Source: Actinomycetes bacterium
GTDB taxonomy: Bacteria; Actinomycetota; Acidimicrobiia; Acidimicrobiales; Ilumatobacteraceae
Length of the DNA stretch: 64,000 nt
Reading direction: 5' to 3'
NCBI GenBank assembly: GCA_031426215.1
Contig: JANPKU010000021.1
Location: forward strand, 656 to 64,655
Under the pieces are notes generated by a model. It was not told the DNA's origin. It saw only the letters and a program-made list of their open reading frames with translations, and made no database searches. The position numbers were made by a program, and so were the translations under genes. How positions within the stretch are numbered: the first letter of the stretch is position 1; each line of letters begins with the position of its first letter. Below, piece after piece: positions 36,198 to 45,682 of this stretch.

Positions 36198-37573
36198 TCG
36201 TCGCCGCCGTTCTTAATGGCGGGCTCATCGTCCGCTTCGCTTCCGACTCGCGCCGCTTCTGCCTCGTCGCTGGCGCTTCCCTCGGCAGGTTCGTCCACGT
36301 CGGTGGACTCAACCTCAGACTCCGCGTTCGCTTCGCTTCCTTCTGCCTCGTCGCTGACGCTTCCCTCTTGGTCGGCGGGCTCGTCGTCCGCGTCGGTGGT
36401 GCTTTCCTCGGCAGGTTCGCCCACGTCGGTGGACTCTTCGCCGGCGCTGGCGGCGGCGGCTTGGGTTTGCCAGTCGGACTCGCTGATCACGCTGCCGTCT
36501 GCAGCGTGCCACTCCATCTCGCCGGTCTCGGCATTCGCGCGCCATTCGCCGTCGGCGTACTCGACGTCGGCATCGCGTCCACCGGCAGGAATGCCTTCGG
36601 CGAGCTGCGTCTCGGAACGGATGTCGACACGAACGCCAGTGAGACGTGCAGCGAGGCGAGCGTTCTGGCCCTCACGCCCGATCGCCAGGCTCAGCTGGTG
36701 GTCGGGCACGATCACGTCGGCGGCAGTGCCATCGTCGGAGATGTTGACCTGGGTCACCTTGGCCGGTGAGAGCGCCTTTGCGACGAAGTCGGCCAGATCC
36801 TCGCTGAACGGCACGATGTCGATCTTCTCGCCGCGCATCTCGTTGACCACCATGCGCACGCGGCCGCCACGGGCCCCGACGCACGCGCCGACCGGGTCGA
36901 CGTTGTGATCGTTCGACCAGACGGCGATCTTGGTGCGGTGGCCGGGTTCACGCGCGCAGGCCTTGATCTCGACGATGCCGTCGGCGATCTCGGGCACTTC
37001 GAGCTCGAACAACCGCTTGATCAGACCCGGATGTGTCCGCGACACCACGATCTGCGGGCCCTTCGGCGTGCGACGCACTTCGACGATGTACGCCTTCTGG
37101 CGATCGCCCTGGGCGGGACGCTCGAACGGCACCTGCTCGGCCTGCGGCAGGAGCGCCTCGACCCGACCGAGATCGAGCAGCGTGTAACGGGCGTCGGTGC
37201 GCTGGATGATGCCGGTGACGATGTCGCCCTCACGGTTCGCATATTCCTCGAACTTGCGCTCGGACTCGACTTCACGGATGCGCTGGCTCATCACCTGGCG
37301 GAAGGTCTGCGCCGCGATGCGCCCGAGTTCTTCCTTCTTCGGGGTGTCATCGCGCTCGTTGATCCAGTTGCCGTCCTCGTCGACGTCGTACGCGATGAAC
37401 GAGAACTCCATGGTTTCGGGATTCACCTCGACGACCACTTCGTCGGCGGCATCCGGGCGGCGCTTGTAGGCAGATGCGAGCGCATCGACGAGGACGTGCA
37501 ACAGCGTGTCCTCGGAGATGCCCTTCTCCTGGGCCAGCATGCCGATGGCCTCGCTCATGTCGAGGTTGCTCAT
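36194..37573 (-). CDS. nusA: Transcription termination/antitermination factor NusA with an acidic C-terminal tail of about 130 aa
   Basis: ATG 37573 overlaps the rimP stop (ATGA). NTD, S1 (GDIVTGIIQR) and two KH domains, followed by a D/E/S-rich tail. Confidence 0.95.
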   Translation of the reverse strand: MSNLDMSEAIGMLAQEKGISEDTLLHVLVDALASAYKRRPDAADEVVVEVNPETMEFSFIAYDVDEDGNWINERDDTPKKEELGRIAAQTFRQVMSQRIREVESERKFEEYANREGDIVTGIIQRTDARYTLLDLGRVEALLPQAEQVPFERPAQGDRQKAYIVEVRRTPKGPQIVVSRTHPGLIKRLFELEVPEIADGIVEIKACAREPGHRTKIAVWSNDHNVDPVGACVGARGGRVRMVVNEMRGEKIDIVPFSEDLADFVAKALSPAKVTQVNISDDGTAADVIVPDHQLSLAIGREGQNARLAARLTGVRVDIRSETQLAEGIPAGGRDADVEYADGEWRANAETGEMEWHAADGSVISESDWQTQAAAASAGEESTDVGEPAEESTTDADDEPADQEGSVSDEAEGSEANAESEVESTDVDEPAEGSASDEAEAARVGSEADDEPAIKNGGDD

Positions 37574-38157
37574 GACGGTTGCTTCTCCTTGTTCGATGTA
37601 GCGATCGATGTGGTCGTCGGGGACGTCTCGGTGGTCGGCTTCGCACCCGACCGGTTCTTGCCAGCGGGTTGCTTGCCCGGTTTCGGCTGCGGACCCCACT
37701 CGAAGACGGTGCGGGCCTTGTCGACCTCACTGATCGACACGGTGCGTTCGGTCCCGTCGTCGAGCAGCAATGTGGCGGTCCGGTCGTCGGCGCCGATGAG
37801 CGCCCCCTGGAAGCGCCGCGGGTCGGCCTGAGGATCACGAAGGCGCACCGAGATCGTCTTGCCGACCTCACGCTGGTAGTGGGCAGCGGTTCGAAGCTGG
37901 CGTTCGAGGCCAGGGCTCGTGACCTCGAGGGTGTACTGACCGGTGATGGGGTCCTCGTGGTCGAGTTCACGTGAGATCAGCCGGGTCGCCAGCGACAGCG
38001 AGTCGAGATTGATCCCGCTCTCGGAACCGGGCGGGGTGTCGAGCGTGATACGCATCGTGGCGCCCCGTCGCTCGATGTCGTACACGTCGAGTTGGAGGTC
38101 GGCAGCGATGGGTGCCACGAGAGCGTGAACACGATCGATCTCGGTCGATGCACTCAT
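37570..38157 (-). CDS. rimP: Ribosome maturation factor RimP
   Basis: 195 aa. L.VYDIE.....MRITLD and [15 protein letters not shown] motifs. GGAGG sits 7 nt upstream of the ATG. Basic/T-rich C-terminal tail. Confidence 0.9.
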   Translation of the reverse strand: MSASTEIDRVHALVAPIAADLQLDVYDIERRGATMRITLDTPPGSESGINLDSLSLATRLISRELDHEDPITGQYTLEVTSPGLERQLRTAAHYQREVGKTISVRLRDPQADPRRFQGALIGADDRTATLLLDDGTERTVSISEVDKARTVFEWGPQPKPGKQPAGKNRSGAKPTTETSPTTTSIATSNKEKQPS

Positions 38158-38173
38158 CCGAACTGCCTCCTTT

Positions 38174-38206
38174 CAACAAACAAGGCGTGGGGCTCAGCCC
38201 CACGCC
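38174..38206 (-). promoter_or_regulatory. Intrinsic-terminator-like hairpin plus U-tract in the rimP-nusA leader (candidate attenuator)
   Basis: Minus strand reads GGCGTGGGGC TGA GCCCCACGCC TTGTTTGTTG, immediately followed by the rimP RBS (AAAGGAGG). Confidence 0.55.
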
Positions 38207-38234
38207 TTTCGGTACCAAACCAAATGGAGAGATG

Positions 38235-38243
38235 ACTATAGCA
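38235..38243 (-). promoter_or_regulatory. Candidate extended -10 promoter element for the rimP operon
   Basis: Minus strand reads TGCTATAGT (TGn + TATAGT), about 30 nt upstream of the leader hairpin. No convincing -35. Sequence reading only. Confidence 0.3.
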
Positions 38244-38309
38244 GCGCGCCGACCCAAGTCGACCGGGCCTGGCGCCCACCGCCATCGGTACAGTGCCTGC
38301 GTGCTTCGT

Positions 38310-40079
38310 ATGTCGAACCTGTTCCTGCGGACCCTGCGTGACGACCCGGCTGACGCCGAGGTGGCCAGTCACCGGCTGCTCGTTCGCGCCGGCTACATCC
38401 GGCGCGCCGCCCCAGGAGGCTTCACGTGGCTGCCCCTCGGATGGCTCGTGTACCGCAACGTCGAACAGATCGTTCGCGAGGAGATGGACGCCGCCGGATT
38501 CCAGGAGGTCCACTTCCCGGCGCTCCTGCCCCGCGAGCCGTACGAAGCCACCGGACGCTGGACCGAGTACGGCGACAACCTGTTTCGCCTGCAGGACCGC
38601 AAGGGCGCCGACTTCCTGCTCGCCCCGACCCACGAGGAGATGTTCACCCTGCTCGTCAAGGACATCTGCGGGTCGTACAAGGACCTCCCGTTGTCGATCT
38701 ACCAGATCCAGACCAAATACCGCGACGAGGCCCGACCTCGCGCCGGGCTGCTGCGAGGTCGCGAGTTCGTGATGAAGGACTCCTACAGCTTCGATCTCGA
38801 CGACGAGGGACTGCAGGTGTCCTACGACACTCATCGGAAGGCCTACATCTCGTTGTTCGACCGACTCGGTCTGCCGTACGTGATCGTGTCGGCGATGTCC
38901 GGCGCCATGGGCGGTTCGGCGTCGGAGGAGTTCCTCGCCCCGATGGACGTCGGCGAGGACACCTTCATCAGGTGCACGTCATGTGAGTATGCGGCCAACG
39001 TCGAAGCCGTCGTCACGCCTGCTCCGCCGGCGATCCCGTTCGACGGGCTACCAGCAGCGGTCGTCCACGACACGCCCGGCACGCCGACGATTGCAACGCT
39101 GGTCGCCTTCGTCAACGCCGATCCGGCGTTGCGTCACCCCGATCGCGACTGGACGGCAGCCGACACGCTGAAGAACGTCGTCGTGAAGCTCCGTCATCCC
39201 GACGGCACGATCGAGCCACTGGCGATCGGATTGCCCGGCGACCGTGAAGTCGACATGAAGCGCCTCGAGGCCCACGTCTCCCCGGCCGAACCCGAACCGT
39301 TCGACGAAGCCGACTTCGCGAAGCACCCCTCACTCGTGAAGGGCTACATCGGCCCGGGCGTGCTCGGCACGAACAACACCTCGGGAATCCGGTACCTCCT
39401 CGACCCTCGCGTCGTCGACGGCACCGCCTGGATCACCGGCGCCGATTCACCCGGCAACCACGTGATCAACCTCGTCGCCGGTCGCGACTTCACCGCCGAC
39501 GGAACCATCGAGGCCGCGGAGATCCGCAACGGCGACCAGTGCCCCTCGTGCGGCTCCGACGTCGAGATCGCCCGCGGCATCGAGCTCGGCCACATCTTCC
39601 AGCTCGGCCGCAAGTACGCCGAAGCGCTCGGGCTGTCCGTACAGGACGAGAACGGCAAGCCCGTCACTCCCACCATGGGCTCCTACGGAGTGGGCGTCAC
39701 GCGGGCGTTGGCCGCCATCGCCGAGGCGAATCACGACGACATCGGACTCGTGTGGCCGCGAGAGATCTCACCGGCCGATGTGCACGTGGTGATCGCCGGC
39801 AAGTCGGACGGCCCGCAGATCCCCGCCGGCGAACAGCTGGCTGTCGACCTCGAGGCCGCCGGCCTGCGAGTGCTGCTCGACGATCGCTACGGTCCGTCCC
39901 CTGGCGTGAAGTTCAAGGACGCCGAGCTGTTGGGCATCCCGACGATCGCCATCGTCGGTCGCGGCGTGGGCGACGAAACGAACCCGACGATCGAGGTCAA
40001 GGATCGCCGCTCCGGCGAGCGCCAGGACATTGCCCTCGCCGACGTCGTCGAGCACCTCGTCTCCGTCTGCCGCCCCTGA
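38310..40079 (+). CDS. proS: Proline--tRNA ligase (bacterial type with INS editing domain)
   Basis: Start at ATG 38310 ([28 protein letters not shown]). Class-II motifs (FRDE.RPR.GLLR.REF.MKD) and GHIFQLG.KY. Confidence 0.95.
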   Translation: MSNLFLRTLRDDPADAEVASHRLLVRAGYIRRAAPGGFTWLPLGWLVYRNVEQIVREEMDAAGFQEVHFPALLPREPYEATGRWTEYGDNLFRLQDRKGADFLLAPTHEEMFTLLVKDICGSYKDLPLSIYQIQTKYRDEARPRAGLLRGREFVMKDSYSFDLDDEGLQVSYDTHRKAYISLFDRLGLPYVIVSAMSGAMGGSASEEFLAPMDVGEDTFIRCTSCEYAANVEAVVTPAPPAIPFDGLPAAVVHDTPGTPTIATLVAFVNADPALRHPDRDWTAADTLKNVVVKLRHPDGTIEPLAIGLPGDREVDMKRLEAHVSPAEPEPFDEADFAKHPSLVKGYIGPGVLGTNNTSGIRYLLDPRVVDGTAWITGADSPGNHVINLVAGRDFTADGTIEAAEIRNGDQCPSCGSDVEIARGIELGHIFQLGRKYAEALGLSVQDENGKPVTPTMGSYGVGVTRALAAIAEANHDDIGLVWPREISPADVHVVIAGKSDGPQIPAGEQLAVDLEAAGLRVLLDDRYGPSPGVKFKDAELLGIPTIAIVGRGVGDETNPTIEVKDRRSGERQDIALADVVEHLVSVCRP

Positions 40080-40101
40080 CGCCTCCGCCCGCCTCTCATC
40101 C

Positions 40102-40154
40102 CGAAATTGCGCGGGATTCTGACGGTGAGCGTCACGATTCCGGGCAATTTCGGA
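40102..40154. terminator. Long imperfect hairpin between convergent proS and the MaoC-type gene
   Basis: ccgaaattgc (40102..40111) pairs with gcaatttcgg (40145..40154). Inner tgacg/cgtca stem around the gtgag loop. Further partial pairing with flanking ccgcctc/ggaggcgg. Confidence 0.5.
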
Positions 40155-40164
40155 GGCGGGTGGT

Positions 40165-41022
40165 TCAGGTGTGGCGGAGGAGGCCTTGATCGATGACGAC
40201 GCGCTCGGTGGACGGATCCGACGGGTCGACCGCGCTGGTGGTGAACAGCGTCTCGCCGGCATCGCCGGACCACATCGTGATCGTGAGCGTGTCACCCGGC
40301 AGCACCGGGGCGGCGAATCGGGCTTCGATGTGATGGAACTTTTCCGGGTCACCGTTGCACACGGCATGCAGCAGGGCTCGACCGGTGAATCCGTAGCTGC
40401 ACAAACCGTGCAGGATCGGTCGATCGAAGCCACCGATCGCAGCGAATGACGGATCGGTGTGCAGCGGATTGCGGTCGCCTGACAAGCGGTACACGAAGGC
40501 CTGGTCGATCGAGGTCTGATACGACACCACATGGTCGGGCTCGCGCTCGGGAGGCACGTTCTTCGGACCCGATGGGCCACGATCGCCGCTCCAGCCGCCT
40601 TCGCCCCTGATGAACGCCGAAGAGGTGTTGGTGTAGAGCAGCTCACCGTCCATCACCGCGCTCGACTCGGTGACCACGACAGCGGCTTTGCCCTTGTCGT
40701 ACATCGCTACGAGTTCGCTCGTGATGGTCGCCGTGCCCGCCACAGGGATCGGCCGATGCAACGTGACCGCCTGCTGGCCGTGCACGAGGAGCGCCGGGTT
40801 GAAGGTGCCGATGTTGCCCATGGCCGACCCTCTTCCCCACCCGATCACCACCGGAAACGTGGGGAACACCATCTGGGTCACGCCGTTGGTGTTCTCGGTG
40901 GTGAAGGCCAGCTCCTCGTGACCGGCTCCGATCCCGACCGCGTAGACGAGCGCGTCCTTGGAGGTCCAGCTCACCTCGACGGGATCACTGGTGGAGCCGA
41001 CGGCATCCGGATTGAGCGGCAT
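40165..41022 (-). CDS. MaoC-family (R)-specific enoyl-CoA hydratase, double hot-dog
   Basis: 285 aa in two hot-dog halves. The C-terminal half carries the hydratase-2-like motif YRLSGDRNPLHTDP. Confidence 0.85.
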   Translation of the reverse strand: MPLNPDAVGSTSDPVEVSWTSKDALVYAVGIGAGHEELAFTTENTNGVTQMVFPTFPVVIGWGRGSAMGNIGTFNPALLVHGQQAVTLHRPIPVAGTATITSELVAMYDKGKAAVVVTESSAVMDGELLYTNTSSAFIRGEGGWSGDRGPSGPKNVPPEREPDHVVSYQTSIDQAFVYRLSGDRNPLHTDPSFAAIGGFDRPILHGLCSYGFTGRALLHAVCNGDPEKFHHIEARFAAPVLPGDTLTITMWSGDAGETLFTTSAVDPSDPSTERVVIDQGLLRHT

Positions 41023-41080
41023 GAGTGCCTCGCTTTCGTACAGGTTCGTGGTGATTGGTGAACGAATGGTCAGTGGATGA

Positions 41081-42007
41081 TCAGGACGTCAACATCGTCT
41101 GCGGCCAGCCGCCCGGCTCACCGTTCATCCCCGAGTTGGCGCGGGCAGCGGCGAGGAGCTCGGCGACGGCCGGGCCGATCTTGGTCGGGTCGTCGATCGG
41201 TGTCGTCGACGGACCTCGCACCCACCCTTCGGCGACTGCGAGCGTCTGACCCGACGCTTCGAACACCCGCCCGGTGACGTTGGCGGCCTCGTCGGAGCAC
41301 AGCCAGGTGACGATCGGGGCGATCCAGTGCGGCGCCCGCGCCTCGCGTGCTTCGTCGGTCTCCGGTGCGGGACCGAGGCCCTCGGTCATCCGGGTCAGCG
41401 CCACCGGTCCGACAGCGTTCACGGTCACGCCATAGCGGGCGACCTCGAGCGCGACGATGTTGGTGAAGGCGGCGATGCCGGCCTTCGCTGCGCCGTAGTT
41501 CGCCTGGCCTGGATTGCCGTAGATGCCCGACACCGACGTGGTGTTGACGATTCGCCCGCTGACCGGCTCGCCGGCCTTGGCGCGTTCACGCCAGTAGGCA
41601 ACAGCCCATCGTGACGGCGCGAACGTGCCCTTGAGGTGGACGTTGATCACCGAGTCCCATTCCTCCTCGGTCATGTTGGCGAGCACCCGGTCGCGCAGGA
41701 TGCCGGCGTTGTTGACGAGCGCGTGGAGGTCGCCGAAGGTCTCGATGGCGGTGTTGATCATGCGCTGAGCGCCTTCCCAGTCGGCGACGTTGTCGCCGTT
41801 CGCCACCGCCTCGCCGCCCATCTCGAGGATCTCGTTGACCACCTGCTGTGCCGGGGAGAGGTCGCCGCCGCTGCCATCGACGTTGCCGCCGAGGTCGTTG
41901 ACCACGACCTTGGCCCCGTGACGGGCGAGGCTCAGCGCGTGCTCGCGCCCGATCCCCCGACCAGCTCCGGTGACAATTGCAACTCGCCCCTCGCACAGAC
42001 CACTCAT
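41081..42007 (-). CDS. SDR-family oxidoreductase (3-hydroxyacyl-CoA/3-oxoacyl reductase-like)
   Basis: ATG 42007 (MSGLCEGRVAIVTGAGRGIGRE) has GGAAGGAA upstream. TGxxxGIG, NNAG and YxxxK (YGAAK) motifs. Confidence 0.9.
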   Translation of the reverse strand: MSGLCEGRVAIVTGAGRGIGREHALSLARHGAKVVVNDLGGNVDGSGGDLSPAQQVVNEILEMGGEAVANGDNVADWEGAQRMINTAIETFGDLHALVNNAGILRDRVLANMTEEEWDSVINVHLKGTFAPSRWAVAYWRERAKAGEPVSGRIVNTTSVSGIYGNPGQANYGAAKAGIAAFTNIVALEVARYGVTVNAVGPVALTRMTEGLGPAPETDEAREARAPHWIAPIVTWLCSDEAANVTGRVFEASGQTLAVAEGWVRGPSTTPIDDPTKIGPAVAELLAAARANSGMNGEPGGWPQTMLTS

Positions 42008-42080
42008 CGACAGTTCCTTCCTGGTTCCGATGGCGCCGAACTCGCGGCGCCGACTGGTCCGGCATCGTAGGGTCAGCGTC

Positions 42081-42899
42081 GTGTGCGACTGCCAGCGGAC
42101 GAGGCGTGAGCTCTTCGGCGGAGCGTTCACCGGTGCGATCGGGGTCGCATCGACGCTGGGGCTCGCCGCCTGTGGACGCCCGCCGAGCACACGCCATGAC
42201 ACGCTGTCGAAGCTCGCTCCGATGGCGTCACTGGCCACGGTCGAGGTGGACCCGGGCGTGCACGTCCACCCTCGCGATCAATGGGGCGCCGATCTGCCAC
42301 CCAAGGGCGCGATCGCACCGGAGACGGTGAGGTTCCTGCTCGTGCACCACACCGCTTCCAGCAACGACGTGCCCGACCCGCGAGCGGTCATCCGCCAGAC
42401 GTATGCGTTCCACACCGGACCGCAGAAGCGTTGGCCCGACATCTGCTACCACTTCATGATCGGCCCGGACGGTTCGATCTGGGAGACCCGTGCCGGTTCG
42501 CTCGCCGGACCCGTCATCGCTGACGCCTCGGGCGGCAACCAGGGCTACGCGCAGCTCGTGTGCATGATCGGCGACTTCCAGTTGCGACCACCGACACCGG
42601 CTGCCCAGGAGTCGCTGATGCGCATGTTGATCCACCTTGCGGATCGCTACGACATCGACACCGATCCGGCCGCCACCACCACGTTCATCTCGCGCGGGTC
42701 GGACAAGTTCCGGGCCGGCACCACCATCACCGCATCGACGATCTCGGGCCACCGCGACATGACCTACACCTCGTGCCCTGGCGACAACGGATATGCGCTG
42801 CTCGGCGACTGGCGCAGCCGAGTCCACGCCACCCGCCTCCAACGCAACGATCCCGGCCCGACCAAACGGGCCGTCCGGCTCGGCGTCCACCTCAGCTGA
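42081..42899 (+). CDS. Peptidoglycan-recognition/N-acetylmuramoyl-L-alanine amidase (Amidase_2) lipoprotein with Tat-like signal
   Basis: GTG 42081 gives (M)CDCQRTRRELFGG...LGLAAC (twin-Arg plus lipobox). Amidase_2 motifs LVHHTAS, ICYHFMIGPDG, GHRD...TSCPG. The start is uncertain (42030 is possible). Confidence 0.8.
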   Translation: MCDCQRTRRELFGGAFTGAIGVASTLGLAACGRPPSTRHDTLSKLAPMASLATVEVDPGVHVHPRDQWGADLPPKGAIAPETVRFLLVHHTASSNDVPDPRAVIRQTYAFHTGPQKRWPDICYHFMIGPDGSIWETRAGSLAGPVIADASGGNQGYAQLVCMIGDFQLRPPTPAAQESLMRMLIHLADRYDIDTDPAATTTFISRGSDKFRAGTTITASTISGHRDMTYTSCPGDNGYALLGDWRSRVHATRLQRNDPGPTKRAVRLGVHLS

Positions 42900-42938
42900 C
42901 CAACGCACCGTGCGGCGAGCGCCCGTAGCCTTGCCGAC

Positions 42939-44180
42939 GTGAACGCCCCGACAGCGACGCCTCCGAGCGAGCACCTCACGGCCGATGTCGTGGTCGTCGG
43001 CCTCGGTCCCGCAGGGAGTGCGGCCGCGATCGAACTGCGACGCGCAGGACGTTCGGTGGTCGCGATCGACAAGGCCGTGTTCCCGCGCGACAAGTGCTGC
43101 GGCGACGGCCTCACCACACTCGGGCTTCGCGAACTCGAGCGCCTCGGGCTCGATCGCCAGGCCATCCCGGACTGGTTCGAGGTCGGGGGGGCCGCGATCC
43201 GCTCACCCAGTGGTCGCGAAGTGTTCGTGCCGTTGCCGTCGACGGGCAGCTACGCGGCGGTGGCGCCGCGACTCCAGCTCGATGACGCCTTGGTGCGACT
43301 CGCCCGTGGACACGGCGCCGACATCCGCGACGGACATGGCTTCCAGCGTCTCGACGAGCACGGCGACCACCTCACCGTGATCGCCGACGGCCTCGAGATC
43401 GACACCCGCTACATCGTCGCGGCGGACGGGATGTGGAGCCCCGTCCGCAAGGCATTGGGCGCCAACGAGGTCGGCTACCTCGGTGAATGGCACGGGTTCC
43501 GCCAGTACGCCCGCAACGTCACCGGCTCGGCGTCGCGGCAACTCCACGTGTGGTTCGAGCCCGATCTGGTCCCCGGCTATGCCTGGTCGTTCCCGCTCCC
43601 GGGAGGTCGGGCGAACGTCGGGTTCGGCGTGCTGCGCGACGGAAGCCGCCGAATCCAGGACATGAAGCAACTCTGGGCCGATCTGTTGGCCCGGCCTCAC
43701 GTCGTCGACGCCCTCGGCGACGGCTTCGAGCTCGAGGATCGCCACACGGCTTGGCCCATCCCGGCGCGGGTCGACGGGGCCACGTTGAGTGCCGGACGCG
43801 TGCTCTTCACGGGCGACGCCGCGATGGCCACCGATGTGATGACCGGCGAAGGCATCGGCCAAGCGTTGCTCACCGGACGACTCGCAGCCGAGGCGATCAT
43901 CGCCGCCGGTGCCCTCCAGCCCGACGACGCAGCTGCGATCTACAGCGCCGCGGTGGCCCATCACCTGTTCGCCGACCACAGGATGTCGCGAGCACTCGGG
44001 TCGGTGCTCACCACCTCGTGGGGTGCGAGAGGCGCTATCCGCGTCGTGGCCGCGAGCGGCGAGTGGGGACGACGGAACTTCGCCCGGTGGATGTTCGAAG
44101 ACGAGCCTCGCGCCGTGGTGCTCACCCCCAGCCGCTGGCACCGCCGCTTTCTTGCGCAGCCCGGCGCCTGGGCCAGCTGA
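42939..44180 (+). CDS. Geranylgeranyl-reductase-family FAD-dependent oxidoreductase
   Basis: 413 aa, GTG start. DVVVVGLGPAGSAAA dinucleotide motif, KCCGDGL, and GDAA...TGEGI near the C-terminal part. Confidence 0.85.
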   Translation: MNAPTATPPSEHLTADVVVVGLGPAGSAAAIELRRAGRSVVAIDKAVFPRDKCCGDGLTTLGLRELERLGLDRQAIPDWFEVGGAAIRSPSGREVFVPLPSTGSYAAVAPRLQLDDALVRLARGHGADIRDGHGFQRLDEHGDHLTVIADGLEIDTRYIVAADGMWSPVRKALGANEVGYLGEWHGFRQYARNVTGSASRQLHVWFEPDLVPGYAWSFPLPGGRANVGFGVLRDGSRRIQDMKQLWADLLARPHVVDALGDGFELEDRHTAWPIPARVDGATLSAGRVLFTGDAAMATDVMTGEGIGQALLTGRLAAEAIIAAGALQPDDAAAIYSAAVAHHLFADHRMSRALGSVLTTSWGARGAIRVVAASGEWGRRNFARWMFEDEPRAVVLTPSRWHRRFLAQPGAWAS

Positions 44181-44187
44181 TCAACGG

Positions 44188-44541
44188 TCAGAGACGGGGG
44201 TCATCGGGTGGCGGTGCCCAGAAATCGACCTCGCCGATTCGACCCGTGATGCCGTCGACGTCGATGTCCTCCGGATCGCCGGTGGCCTCGTAGACGATCA
44301 CGATGTCGTCGTCCTTCGGCGGACCCTCGTAGATGTCGCGTAGTCCGATCATCGCTCCAGCGGCCACAGCACCGAGAACGCCACCCTTGCGACGACCGGC
44401 CTCGATCATCGAGAGTCGGCGAGCAGCCATTGCCTCCTCGGCTTCGATGCGCGCCACGTCGATGCTCGCGATGAGCTCCGCGTCGAGCGCATCAGCAGCG
44501 TCGGACGCGCAAGCGGCATCGTCGTCGAGTGGTTCGGCCAC
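44188..44541 (-). CDS. Hypothetical acidic protein with one hydrophobic segment
   Basis: Frame 44188..44661. GTG 44541 is chosen to avoid overlap with the divergent MoxR start. No recognisable motif. Confidence 0.45.
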   Translation of the reverse strand: MAEPLDDDAACASDAADALDAELIASIDVARIEAEEAMAARRLSMIEAGRRKGGVLGAVAAGAMIGLRDIYEGPPKDDDIVIVYEATGDPEDIDVDGITGRIGEVDFWAPPPDDPRL

Positions 44542-44621
44542 CCGCCCAGAATACGAGAAGTCGGTGAGAGATGCGTCGCCGCACTGGTCGAATGCCGGTG
44601 CAGCGCTACCGTCGTCGGGCA

Positions 44622-45680
44622 ATGACCGCCAGCGATCAATCCCACGCGCCTGCCACCGCATCGACGCCTGCCGACGACCGCCAGACCGCCGAGACGTTCG
44701 AGAAGATCTTCTTCGAACTCCGCAAGGTGATGGTCGGCCAGACCCGGCTGCTCGAACGCCTCCTCGTCGGCGTGCTGTGCCGCGGTCACTGCCTGCTGGA
44801 GTCGGTGCCCGGTCTGGCCAAGACCTTGGCGGCGGAAACCCTCGCCGACGTCGTTGGCGGCACGTTCGCCCGAATCCAGTTCACACCGGACCTGTTGCCG
44901 TCCGACATCACCGGCACCCGCATCTACCGAGCAAACAGCGAGACATTCGACGTCGAGTTCGGCCCCGTGTTCGTCAACTTCCTGCTCACCGACGAGATCA
45001 ACCGGGCGCCCGCCAAGGTGCAGTCCGCCCTGCTCGAAGTGATGGCCGAACAGCAGGTCACCATCGGCGGCGTCACCCACGCAGCACCGAATCCGTTCTT
45101 CGTCGTCGCCACCCAGAACCCGATCGAGTCGGAGGGCGTGTACCAACTGCCCGACGCACAGCGAGACCGCTTCATGATGAAGATCGTCCTCGACTACCCC
45201 ACCCCCGACGAGGAACTCACGATCATCGACCGGATGAGCATCAGCGCACCGGTACCGAGCCAGGTCATCACGCTCGATGAGTTGATCGCCCTCCAGCGAC
45301 GCGCCGACACCGTGTTCGTCGATCGTTCGGTGTCGCAGTACGCCGTCGACCTCGTGCAGTGCACTCGGGATCCTGCACGCGCCGGCCTCGGCGACCTGTC
45401 GTCGGTGATCGGGCTCGGAGCCAGTCCTCGAGCATCACTCAACCTGGTTCGCGGTGCTCGAGCGCTGGCACTGATGCGCGGTCGCTCGTACACCACACCA
45501 CAGGACGTGTTCGACCTCGCCCCCGAGATCCTCCGCCACCGGTTGCTGCTCACCTACGACGCACTGGCCCGCGACATCACGACCGACCACGTCGTGCAAC
45601 GGATCCTGGCGACGGTGCCCGCCACGTGGGTGTCGCCGAAACCGAACGACGCCTTCGGCAGCGGCGCCCCGAGGGTCTGA
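44622..45680 (+). CDS. MoxR-family AAA+ ATPase
   Basis: GHCLLESVPGLAKT (Walker A variant typical of MoxR), FVNFLLTDEINRAP (Walker B), ATQNPIE..G.Y.LP.AQ.DRF. Confidence 0.9.
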   Translation: MTASDQSHAPATASTPADDRQTAETFEKIFFELRKVMVGQTRLLERLLVGVLCRGHCLLESVPGLAKTLAAETLADVVGGTFARIQFTPDLLPSDITGTRIYRANSETFDVEFGPVFVNFLLTDEINRAPAKVQSALLEVMAEQQVTIGGVTHAAPNPFFVVATQNPIESEGVYQLPDAQRDRFMMKIVLDYPTPDEELTIIDRMSISAPVPSQVITLDELIALQRRADTVFVDRSVSQYAVDLVQCTRDPARAGLGDLSSVIGLGASPRASLNLVRGARALALMRGRSYTTPQDVFDLAPEILRHRLLLTYDALARDITTDHVVQRILATVPATWVSPKPNDAFGSGAPRV

Positions 45681-45682
45681 CC

